Below are positions 35,793-43,825 of a stretch of DNA of 64,000 nt, in pieces. The stretch spans positions 2,579-66,578 of the forward strand of contig JAZDMS010000035.1 in assembly GCA_043800705.1 (NCBI GenBank), written 5' to 3'. Position 1 is the stretch's first letter; each line of letters begins with the position of its first letter. A model generated the notes under the pieces. The model searched no databases. It saw only the letters and a list, made by a program, of their open reading frames with translations, and was not told the origin of the DNA. The DNA is from Candidatus Altiarchaeota archaeon. Its GTDB lineage: Archaea; Altiarchaeota; Altiarchaeia; IMC4; SCGC-AAA252-I15. Both the position numbers and the translations under genes were made by a program.

Positions 35793-36100
35793 TGGCGTAT
35801 CATTACCAATAGCATCTTGAACCTTTTTATCGCCTTAAGCGCGTGGGTTTTGTTCGCCGGCATGATTATGTATTCGCCTGCCTTCAGCGTATGTGGCGTT
35901 CCGGCGATTGAGACCTCGGCCTCTCCGTCAAGGACCTGGACGAATGCGTCGAACGGGGCTGTGTGCTCGGACAGGCCCTGGCCGGCGCCGAATGCGAACG
36001 ACGTTATCGACCCCGCCTGCTTGTCGATTATTTCCCTGCTGATTATCGAATCGTCCTGGTAGTCGAGTTCCAGACGCCCCGGTTTCCCTGCCTGCATCAT
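35789..36100 (-). CDS. cupin domain protein
   Basis: GLSEHTAPFDAFVQVLDGEAEVSIAGTPHTLKAGEYIIMPANKTHALKA. Confidence 0.75.
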   Translation of the reverse strand: MMQAGKPGRLELDYQDDSIISREIIDKQAGSITSFAFGAGQGLSEHTAPFDAFVQVLDGEAEVSIAGTPHTLKAGEYIIMPANKTHALKAIKRFKMLLVMIRQ

Positions 36101-36318
36101 ACGGCCACCACAGACCGCACCTTAGGCACTACAGCCCTTATGTGCCGCTCTATCCCGTGCTTCAGGGTCATCTGGCTCATCGGGCATCCGCAGCATCCGC
36201 CGGTGAGGCGGACTTTCACGACTCCGTCCTCGGACACTTCGACCAGTTCCACTCCTCCGCCGTCGGCCTCCAGCATCGGCCTCACTTCCCCCAACGCCTT
36301 CTCAACTTCTTCTTTCAT
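36097..36318 (-). CDS. NifU C-terminal (Nfu-type) Fe-S carrier domain protein
   Basis: MKEEVEKALGEVRPMLEADGGGVELVEV...LTGGCCGCPMSQMTL. Its ATGA start overlaps the stop of 36315..37199. The longer ORF 36097..36684 is an artefactual extension. Confidence 0.8.
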   Translation of the reverse strand: MKEEVEKALGEVRPMLEADGGGVELVEVSEDGVVKVRLTGGCCGCPMSQMTLKHGIERHIRAVVPKVRSVVAV

Positions 36319-37199
36319 TTTTCCCATTCCTCCGAGAGTATCTCTCCCCTTATGCTCACGATTATCGATTTTATCGGAACCTTCCTCTTCGCCTGCGATG
36401 CGGCCCCCTTTACCAGGTGAACCAGTCCTCCGCAGCATGGGACCTCCATCATCACGACAGTGAGGGTGTTGACTTTCGCGTCGTCGATGAGGGATGCTAT
36501 CTTTTGGGCATAAACGTCCTGGTCTGAGTCCAGTTTCGGGCATGCTATGGCGATGCTCCTGCCGGAGAGTATCCTGCCGTGGAATCCTCCGAGCGCGTAT
36601 GCGGTGCAGTCCGCGGCGATGACCACGTCCTTCCCTCGGTAGTATGGCGCCTGCGGCGAAACCAGATGCAGTTGGATAGGCCATTGGCGAAGCTGCGACG
36701 ACGTGTCGCCGGTCTCATCGCCCCCTGTTTTCCGGTCTTCGGTCTTCGGTCCTCCGTCTTCAGTCTCGAAGCTCACCATCCTCGACCCCGGACAGCCTCC
36801 GCCGTCTGAGGGGCAGCCTCCACCCGAACCGTGCAGGTCCGGGGCCGGTATCCCCTTGTCCTTCAATGCGGCAAGTGCCTCCTTTAGGTAGCCGAATTCG
36901 CCGTGCTCCTTCAGGTGGATGAGATGCGCCTTGATCGTGTTCGGTCCTGCCTTAATGATGTTCTCCATGACCTTCTTCTCCTCGTACGGCTTCGCATCCC
37001 GCTCCACAACCTTCATAGCCCCGGTGGGGCAGTGGCCCACGCATGCGCCAAGGCCGTCGCAGAACAGGTCGCTTATGAGCCGCGCCTTCCCATCTATTAC
37101 CTGGAGCGCACCTTCAGGGCAGTTTGGGATGCATTGCCCGCATCCGTTGCATTTGTCCTCTTCGACCGCTATGATCTTCCGTTTAGCCATTTTTCCCAC
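36315..37199 (-). CDS. 4Fe-4S dicluster domain protein with an uncharacterised Cys-rich C-terminal domain
   Basis: CNGCGQCIPNCP and CDGLGACVGHCP ferredoxin motifs. C-terminus contains IACPKLD and EVPCCGGL. Confidence 0.75.
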   Translation of the reverse strand: MGKMAKRKIIAVEEDKCNGCGQCIPNCPEGALQVIDGKARLISDLFCDGLGACVGHCPTGAMKVVERDAKPYEEKKVMENIIKAGPNTIKAHLIHLKEHGEFGYLKEALAALKDKGIPAPDLHGSGGGCPSDGGGCPGSRMVSFETEDGGPKTEDRKTGGDETGDTSSQLRQWPIQLHLVSPQAPYYRGKDVVIAADCTAYALGGFHGRILSGRSIAIACPKLDSDQDVYAQKIASLIDDAKVNTLTVVMMEVPCCGGLVHLVKGAASQAKRKVPIKSIIVSIRGEILSEEWEK

Positions 37200-37530
37200 C
37201 CATCCTGACGCATTTTCCCCCTCCGGCGAGTATGCCGCACTGGCAGAGGTCTCCCCCGAATTCTCCCATATAGGAGTCTATGGAAGCCAGTAAAGGTGAG
37301 GCGAATCTATCGTCGAGCGAGTAAAGGACATTCTTTCCTTCCCGCCTGGATGCGACAAGGCCCCATGCGTCAAGGAGCGCGAGACTGTGACTTATCCGGC
37401 TCTGCTCGAGACCCGTCTTTTTGCATATTTCCGATACATTTTTTGGTCCACCCCTCAGGGATGAGACAACGGAAAGCCGGGTGCGGTTGCCCAACGCCTT
37501 GAAGAAGAGTTCATATGAACATTTTTTCAT
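37183..37530 (-). CDS. ArsR/SmtB-family transcriptional regulator
   Basis: FKALGNRTRLSVVSSLRGGPKNVSEICKKTGLEQSRISHSLALL. Confidence 0.85.
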   Translation of the reverse strand: MKKCSYELFFKALGNRTRLSVVSSLRGGPKNVSEICKKTGLEQSRISHSLALLDAWGLVASRREGKNVLYSLDDRFASPLLASIDSYMGEFGGDLCQCGILAGGGKCVRMGGKNG

Positions 37531-37589
37531 ATGAGTATAATGGTTCCGGAAGATATTTATGGAGTGCAGTAACCGTGCGGTAATCGTCC

Positions 37590-38147
37590 TCAGATCTTCT
37601 GGGCCTTGTCTGCGGCTTCGATCACAAGGTTCACTACGTTCACCAGTGTCTTCTTGTCCTTAACAGACCCGTTGTCGACATAGGATATGTCGTGCCTTCC
37701 GATGGTGAACCCTATTCCGCACGAGGTTATCTTCCCCTGCATGTCGGCGTCCAGATATCTTTTAACCGTCTCAGGGTCTCCGCCTTTTACCCTGAATCTG
37801 CCCATGAACTCCGGGTTGACGCATTCGAATTTCATGAAACCCGGCTTCCTTGCGGCACCGGCCAGGTAGTCGGCCTTCCCGACGGTGAATCCCTCTCCGA
37901 CGTTCCCGTTGTGGATTACCCGTACCCGAAGAGAAACGCCGACAGTGTCGATGATAACCTCGAATCCTCGGATGTGGCCGTTGGCCCTCGACGCGCCCAT
38001 GAACTGCGACGAGTAGGCGAGGCCGAGCTCTGATGCGACGGATTTTATGAGGCGGCCGCGGCCGCTTGCGCGAAACGCCTTCAATGCGATGAGAGACGCG
38101 ACTGCCGCTATCGCAGCCAATGCTATAAGACCGATGTCCATTGCCAC
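37590..38147 (-). CDS. N-terminally anchored hypothetical protein
   Basis: TM segment MAMDIGLIALAAIAAVASLIALKAF. No recognisable domain. Confidence 0.5.
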   Translation of the reverse strand: MAMDIGLIALAAIAAVASLIALKAFRASGRGRLIKSVASELGLAYSSQFMGASRANGHIRGFEVIIDTVGVSLRVRVIHNGNVGEGFTVGKADYLAGAARKPGFMKFECVNPEFMGRFRVKGGDPETVKRYLDADMQGKITSCGIGFTIGRHDISYVDNGSVKDKKTLVNVVNLVIEAADKAQKI

Positions 38148-38227
38148 GGATAGTACTTCGGAGTGTATATTAAAGTCTTGTATGTTACCGGGTGGAAACC
38201 CTTTAATGTAATAATCTTCCCGCCATC

Positions 38228-38635
38228 ATGGTTGACATGGATGGGTCAATCGCCATTTCGCTCGTAATGGCGGTCGCAGCGGCTTCGGGCTGTATCTCAT
38301 CCGGGGGCGTTTACGATGTTAGCCTGCATGAGGGAAGGAGCATTATAGATGACAACAGGGGAAACCCTGATTTCGTCATCCTGGACGTGCGTACTCCCGA
38401 AGAGTACTCGGCTGGCCATATTGAGGGGGCAGTGCTTTTGGACTTTGAGGCCGATGACTTCAAACAGAAGGCCGATGGGCTGCCGAGGCAGAAGACATAT
38501 ATAGTATACTGCAGGAGCGGCCGAAGGAGCGCTGAGGCCGTCAATGCATTGTCCGGGCTGGGTTTCAGGGACCTCCACAACATGAGGGGCGGGATAACGG
38601 AGTGGAAGGCAGAGGGGTACCCCACAGTCAGTTAG
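38228..38635 (+). CDS. rhodanese-domain sulfurtransferase (lipoprotein-like signal)
   Basis: VILDVRTPEEYSAGHIEGA, active-site loop YCRSGRRS, and AAASGC lipobox. Confidence 0.85.
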   Translation: MVDMDGSIAISLVMAVAAASGCISSGGVYDVSLHEGRSIIDDNRGNPDFVILDVRTPEEYSAGHIEGAVLLDFEADDFKQKADGLPRQKTYIVYCRSGRRSAEAVNALSGLGFRDLHNMRGGITEWKAEGYPTVS

Positions 38636-38751
38636 GCTTTTTATCATCTGGCATGAGTCCGTGCAGGAGCCATCCCTTCGCCCCCGGTTTGCACGGGGCA
38701 TTTCTTTTCTCGCATCTTCCATCGAGCTCATGTGGGCAGCTCCAGGCCATC

Positions 38752-39885
38752 TTACCGTTCTAGGGCGTTCTTTTCTAGAAAGTCGACGAGGACGTTGCCG
38801 AGGGTGTTGTTGTAGACGAGGAATGCGTCGTGGCCGTATGGGAGGTCCAGTTTCCGGTAGACTGATGGGACTCCCGCCTCCGCGAGCCCTGCGAAAACCT
38901 CCTCGACCTGCTGCGGCGGATAAAGCCAGTCCGACGTGAATGAGACCAGCAGCACCTTCGCCTTGACCGTCTTGAACACGTCCTTCAGATCCCTCCTTCC
39001 GCCTTCGGTGAGGTCGAACTGGTCTATTGCGTTCGTGATGTAGAGGTAGCTGTTGGCGTCGAACCTGCGCACGAAGCTCTTGCCGTTGTAGTCGAAGTAG
39101 CTTTGCAGCTCGTACTCTATCCCGAACTTTTTCTTTCCGTTCTTCCCCTTAACCTTCTCCCTGCCGAACTTCTTAAGGAGGGTCTCCTGGCTGAGGTATG
39201 TGACGTGCCCGATCTGCCGCGCCAGCGACAGGCCGCGCTTCGGCTGCCCCCTCGGGTAGTAGTTGCCTCCGTTGTAGTCGGGGTCGGAGAGGATTATCCT
39301 CCGGCCTATGTCGTTGAAGACGAACCCTATAGGGTACTGCTTCGCCGACGCTGCGACGACTATGGCGGACTTCACGCTGTCAGGGTAGTCGACGGCCCAC
39401 TGCAGCGCCTGCATCCCGCCCAGGCTGCCGCCGGTGACGCAATGCAGTTTCTTTATTCCAAGATGGTCGATGAGCTGCTTCTGCGCGCGGACGATGTCGC
39501 GGACGGTGATTATCGGGAAGTCGAGGCCATATGGTTTCCGTGTCTTGGGATTTATGGAAGACGGGCCGGTCGAGCCCCTGCATCCGCCTATGACGTTCGA
39601 GCAGATGACGAAGTATTTTCTCGTATCGAAGGACTTCCCAGGGCCGACTGCCACATCATACCAGCCGTGCTTACTGGATCCGATCCTGCTCTTTCCGGCG
39701 GCGTGGGCGTCTCCCGACAGGGCGTGGCAGAGGAGGATGACATTGGTGCGCTCAGCGTTGGGTTTCCCGTATGTCTCGTACGCTATCCGGACGGGAGCCA
39801 GCTTTTCGCCGCTATCGAGCGCGAGCTCCGGGAATTCCCAGTATTTTGTCTTCACGACCCCTACAGATCCGTGCCTTCTTGCCAT
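38752..39885 (-). CDS. metX: homoserine O-acetyltransferase
   Basis: ILLCHALSGDAHAAG and GGSLGGMQALQW (nucleophile elbow). The start is placed at the internal Met MARRHGSVGV. The upstream part of the track ORF overlaps a better small ORF in another frame. Confidence 0.9.
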   Translation of the reverse strand: MARRHGSVGVVKTKYWEFPELALDSGEKLAPVRIAYETYGKPNAERTNVILLCHALSGDAHAAGKSRIGSSKHGWYDVAVGPGKSFDTRKYFVICSNVIGGCRGSTGPSSINPKTRKPYGLDFPIITVRDIVRAQKQLIDHLGIKKLHCVTGGSLGGMQALQWAVDYPDSVKSAIVVAASAKQYPIGFVFNDIGRRIILSDPDYNGGNYYPRGQPKRGLSLARQIGHVTYLSQETLLKKFGREKVKGKNGKKKFGIEYELQSYFDYNGKSFVRRFDANSYLYITNAIDQFDLTEGGRRDLKDVFKTVKAKVLLVSFTSDWLYPPQQVEEVFAGLAEAGVPSVYRKLDLPYGHDAFLVYNNTLGNVLVDFLEKNALER

Positions 39886-39896
39886 CTTCTTTCCCC

Positions 39897-40037
39897 CTAA
39901 CAGCCGCATGATATGCGGCCTTTTAATTGTGCCCCACAATGCCAGCATCTGCCCGTGGTGACCGCGATGTGCCGGAATATGCATCCATGGCAGTTGTCGC
40001 AGACAACCTCCTGAGGCTTCTTTTCCTTCGTTGTCAT
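39897..40037 (-). CDS. 46-aa zinc-ribbon peptide between metY and metX
   Basis: Hand translation: MTTKEKKPQEVVCDNCHGCIFRHIAVTTGRCWHCGAQLKGRISCGC. GGAGGT lies 8 nt upstream of the ATG. It is below the ORF-track cut-off. Confidence 0.4.
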   Translation of the reverse strand: MTTKEKKPQEVVCDNCHGCIFRHIAVTTGRCWHCGAQLKGRISCGC

Positions 40038-40041
40038 CTTT

Positions 40042-41334
40042 CTATACCTCCTTCAAGGCTCCGTCCAAGTCGGCGGTTATGTCGTCGACGTTCTCGAGGC
40101 CTATAGACAGCCGGACCAGGTCGGGGGTGATGCCGCCCTCCAGGAGCTGTTTCTCAGATAGCTGGCTGTGTGACGTGCTTGCCGGATGCAACGCAAGGCT
40201 CTTCGCGTCGCCGACGTTCGCCAGATGCGAGAACAGCTTCAGACCGTTTATCAGCTTCTCGCCGGCCGGCCTTCCTCCTTTGACGCCAAAGACGATCACT
40301 CCGCCGTATCCCTTCTTCAGGTACTTCTTGGCATTGTCATGTGTCGGGTGCGTGTCGAGGCCGGGGTATTTGACCCAGGTCACTTTGTCGTGGGCTTCGA
40401 GGTGTTCCGCGACCTTCAGGGCGTTCTGACTGTGCCGCTCTAGCCGCAGGTTCAGGGATTCCAGCCCCTGCAGGAATATCCACGAGTTGTCCGGGCTTAT
40501 GCAGCCGCCGAGGTTCCGTAAGGGGACCAGCCTCATTCGGAGTATGTATGCCAGGGGGGTCAACGGGCCGAGGTCGAACGCGTATCTGAGGCTGTGGTAG
40601 CTCGCGTCCGGTTCCGTAAGGAGCGGGTGTTTCTTCGATTTGCTCCAGTCGAATCTCCCGCTGTCGATGACCGCGCCGCCTATCGCAGTCCCGTGTCCGC
40701 CTATCCACTTCGTCAGCGAATGGGCGACTATGTCCGCTCCGTGCTCGATCGGGCGCAGAAGGTACGGCGTCGTGAATGTGCTGTCTATGATGTAGGGTAT
40801 GCCGTTGTTGTGGGCGATGTCCGCCAGCTCCTTGAAGTCGGGGACGTTCAATGCCGGATTTCCGATTGTTTCCGTGAATAGCGCCTTCGTCTTCGGCGTG
40901 ATCGCCTTCTTCGCCTTGTCCGGGTCAGTTGGGTCGAAGAAGTTCGTCCTTATCCCAAAGTCGGGGAGGATGTTGTTGAACTGGGTATAGGTCCCCCCGT
41001 ACAGGTCGTTGGCTGACGCTATCTCGTCGCCGACCCTCGCAAGGTTGATTATGCTGTAGAAAATCGCAGTAGTGCCGGACGATAGCGCCAGCCCTCCGAC
41101 TCCGCCTTCAAGGGCGGCTAGGCGTTTTTCAAGCACATCGGTGGTCGGGTTCATGAGCCGGGTGTATATGTTCCCGAGCTCCTTCAGCCCGAACAGGTTC
41201 GCGGCGTGCGTTGCGTCCTTGAAGACATAGCTCGACGTCCTGTGAACGGGCACCGCCCTCGCCAGAGTCGTGGGGTCTACTTCCTGACCTGCATGAATTG
41301 CCTTCGTTTCGAATTTTTTATCCTCTTGCGCCAT
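40042..41334 (-). CDS. metY: O-acetylhomoserine sulfhydrylase (PLP-dependent)
   Basis: FETKAIHAGQ and HSLTKWIGGHG (PLP Lys). 430 aa. Confidence 0.92.
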   Translation of the reverse strand: MAQEDKKFETKAIHAGQEVDPTTLARAVPVHRTSSYVFKDATHAANLFGLKELGNIYTRLMNPTTDVLEKRLAALEGGVGGLALSSGTTAIFYSIINLARVGDEIASANDLYGGTYTQFNNILPDFGIRTNFFDPTDPDKAKKAITPKTKALFTETIGNPALNVPDFKELADIAHNNGIPYIIDSTFTTPYLLRPIEHGADIVAHSLTKWIGGHGTAIGGAVIDSGRFDWSKSKKHPLLTEPDASYHSLRYAFDLGPLTPLAYILRMRLVPLRNLGGCISPDNSWIFLQGLESLNLRLERHSQNALKVAEHLEAHDKVTWVKYPGLDTHPTHDNAKKYLKKGYGGVIVFGVKGGRPAGEKLINGLKLFSHLANVGDAKSLALHPASTSHSQLSEKQLLEGGITPDLVRLSIGLENVDDITADLDGALKEV

Positions 41335-41363
41335 TTTCGTTTTACCTCCAACAATCCGTGGAG

Positions 41364-41376
41364 TAACAATCGTTAA
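41364..41376. promoter_or_regulatory. candidate operator (TTAACGATTGTTA on the metY strand) just downstream of a TATA-like box
   Basis: Minus strand: ATATTTATATAAGAC-TTAACGATTGTTAC-...-GGAGGTAAAACGAAA-ATG. Confidence 0.45.
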
Positions 41377-41436
41377 GTCTTATATAAATATCTTTCGTTT
41401 TTTTTATGCAGATTAGCATAACTTATGCATATTAAA

Positions 41437-41450
41437 TTAACTATTGTTAA
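41437..41450. promoter_or_regulatory. candidate operator TTAACTATTGTTAA 8 nt upstream of the HTH gene
   Basis: CATATTAAA-TTAACTATTGTTAA-GTCTATAG-GTG. Confidence 0.45.
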
Positions 41451-41458
41451 GTCTATAG

Positions 41459-41749
41459 GTGAAACTTCCATGTGAACAGGCATTGTGGTACGTCCTTCCG
41501 CAGATACGCGCGGACATAGCAAGGGAACTCATCGAGAGGGGGATGAACCAAAAGCAGGCTGCGAAGAAGCTGGGCGTCACTCCGTCTGCCGTCTCCCAGT
41601 ACCTGAACAAGAAAAGGGCAGGCAAGCTTAAGCTGCCGGCAGACTACTCCAGCCTGATCAAGGATGCAGTAGAGGACATCATCAAGAACGAAGACGACGA
41701 GGTGCTGTCCGTAACGATCTGCAAATGCTGCGCCAAATCCAGAGGCTGA
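41459..41749 (+). CDS. small HTH transcriptional regulator with an N-terminal Cys and a C-terminal CxCC
   Basis: GMNQKQAAKKLGVTPSAVSQYLNKKR helix-turn-helix. Cys residues occur in KLPCEQ and TICKCCAK. GTG start as in the ORF track. Confidence 0.65.
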   Translation: MKLPCEQALWYVLPQIRADIARELIERGMNQKQAAKKLGVTPSAVSQYLNKKRAGKLKLPADYSSLIKDAVEDIIKNEDDEVLSVTICKCCAKSRG

Positions 41750-41892
41750 ACGAAAGGGTTTTTGGGTATTCTCAAATAGGATGTATGGCTGGCCGCAAGA
41801 TCGCGAGCGGGATTTAAACGGACAGACACAATAACAATCCCGACAATAATATTCCCGATAAAATACCTGAAGTATGCGGTAAAGGCGACAAG

Positions 41893-43749
41893 ATGAACAG
41901 TACCCTAACCAAGGCGTGCATGATCCTCGCGCTCGCGGGATTCGCAGCCGGTGCCGCATCATACGAGGCAGACGGACACTTCGCGAAGGCGGAGGAGGAC
42001 TACCGGCTCCAGACATACAGGAATGCGCTGATTGAGGTGTTTCTCGCAAGGGACGAATACAACGAGTCCGGCAACATCTGGGGGATGCAAAAGTGCGACC
42101 GGCTCGTGACGCAGATCGAGTCCTCGATGAACCCGACACAGATCGCCGACACATACTACGGGATAGCGAGCGACTACTTCACGGATTCGCAGGACGACAC
42201 GGAGGCCCTCGGAAGGGCCGCCAGGATGGGGGAACGCTGCGTCGCTGTCTGCTTCACGAACATCACATGCGGACTCAGGTGCGCCGACCTGGCCGGCAAG
42301 GCGAACGCCAGGATCAACGACATCGTCAACAGGTGCATAAGGGAGGCGCAGGCGCGGCTGCAGAGCGCCAAGGACAACATTGACGACTACCTGAACGCGC
42401 GCGAACTTGCGACTAGCGCCAGCGCGAAATTCTCGGAATGCGGATACAGGAAGGGCGTCGAAGAGGCCTCTTCGGTGCTGGCTTCGATCGACGAGAAGAT
42501 GAGGAATGTCAGGATGAACGCAGCCGCGCTCACCGACCAGGCATACGAGGACTATGCCAGAGGGGACAACGAATCCTGCGTCCAGAACGCCAACAAGTCG
42601 CTCAGCCTCTATGGAAGGATAGGGGACCCGGACGGCATGCAGAAGGCGAGGATGATACTCGAAGAATGCGAGGGGACGCTCAGGGACTGGGAGACGCAGC
42701 TGAACAAGGATGCGGGGGAGTACATGCAGGACGCATACGACGCATACAAGGTCGACATGCCCCCCGACTGCGACAGCGCCGCGAGGAACGCGACCGCCGC
42801 AAAGGGCCTCTACCAGCAACTTTACGACAAATTCAGCGTGCAGGAGAAGGACAAACCCACGAACCTCCAGTTCAAGACCGGAGAATACGCGGTAAAACTG
42901 TCGCAGGTCGCAGCTCTCATCGCGGACATCCAGACGGTCAAGTCGCACGTCATAGCATTGGACACCGCCGAAAGCTTCTACATGAGGGCGTTCGACGAAT
43001 ACCTCGTACACAACTACAACGACGCGAGGTCGTACGTCAGGAAGGCCAAGGAGATGTTCCAGGGGAACGAGGACTACCCCAACGCAAGAAAATGCGACTC
43101 CCTGGCCGCCAGGATAGAGGAGGACGACGGGAAGATGACGCAGGCCACAGCCCACCTGGAGGAGGCGAAGAGGATGCTGGACGACTTCAGGTTCCAGGAG
43201 GCCTTGACCGGATTGTCGAAGGCAAGGGGGCTGTACCTGGCCATAAAGTACGATGAAGGGGCGAAGAAGGCTGACCAGCTGGAGGCCTCGATAACACAGG
43301 TCGCGGCAAAACTGGGCAAAGCAAACGACTTCCTGTCCAAGGCCGCAGCCTACAGGCGAGAGGGGAGATACGAGGATGCGATAGCCGCCGCCACCGAGGG
43401 GCGCCTGATCTACTCCGAGATAAAGCATGCAAAAGGCGTCGAATCGGCGGACAAGCTCATCACAGAAGGCAGGAGGATAATGGATGAAGAGGCCGGCAGG
43501 AGGAGCCTCTACATAGTCTGCGCACTCTTCGTGTTCGTCGTCTCTGCAGCTCTGGCCGTACAATACAGGAGCAGGAAGTCGGCGGTGGAGGAAAAGCTCA
43601 GGAGGGGCGAGGTTGAGGCGCAGGAGAAGATGCGCAGGCAGACGGAGGCGATGAGCATAAGGACAGAGGAGGAGACGAAGACTCAGGTGGAGACCGAACT
43701 TCGGAGGCTCGTCGACAGCGAGCGGAAGAAGATCGACGACGGCCTCTGA
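41893..43749 (+). CDS. large helical-repeat (TPR-like) exported protein with a C-terminal TM and charged tail
   Basis: Signal-like MNSTLTKACMILALAGFAAGAAS. Recurrent Y..A...Y..G.Y..A helical-pair pattern. TM segment LYIVCALFVFVVSAALAVQY followed by a Glu/Arg/Lys tail. Confidence 0.7.
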   Translation: MNSTLTKACMILALAGFAAGAASYEADGHFAKAEEDYRLQTYRNALIEVFLARDEYNESGNIWGMQKCDRLVTQIESSMNPTQIADTYYGIASDYFTDSQDDTEALGRAARMGERCVAVCFTNITCGLRCADLAGKANARINDIVNRCIREAQARLQSAKDNIDDYLNARELATSASAKFSECGYRKGVEEASSVLASIDEKMRNVRMNAAALTDQAYEDYARGDNESCVQNANKSLSLYGRIGDPDGMQKARMILEECEGTLRDWETQLNKDAGEYMQDAYDAYKVDMPPDCDSAARNATAAKGLYQQLYDKFSVQEKDKPTNLQFKTGEYAVKLSQVAALIADIQTVKSHVIALDTAESFYMRAFDEYLVHNYNDARSYVRKAKEMFQGNEDYPNARKCDSLAARIEEDDGKMTQATAHLEEAKRMLDDFRFQEALTGLSKARGLYLAIKYDEGAKKADQLEASITQVAAKLGKANDFLSKAAAYRREGRYEDAIAAATEGRLIYSEIKHAKGVESADKLITEGRRIMDEEAGRRSLYIVCALFVFVVSAALAVQYRSRKSAVEEKLRRGEVEAQEKMRRQTEAMSIRTEEETKTQVETELRRLVDSERKKIDDGL

Positions 43750-43825
43750 CGCGGATATATATTGCATGATTCGCAGTATAATCCATCCAAACGGAAAATC
43801 TTTGACATGACAGGGTTGATTTCAA

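Noticed and set aside
36319-36684. Upstream 120 aa of ORF 36097..36684
   Set aside because: The Nfu domain starts at MKEEVEKAL with an ATGA overlap to the preceding gene. The extension lies out of frame inside the 4Fe-4S protein gene.
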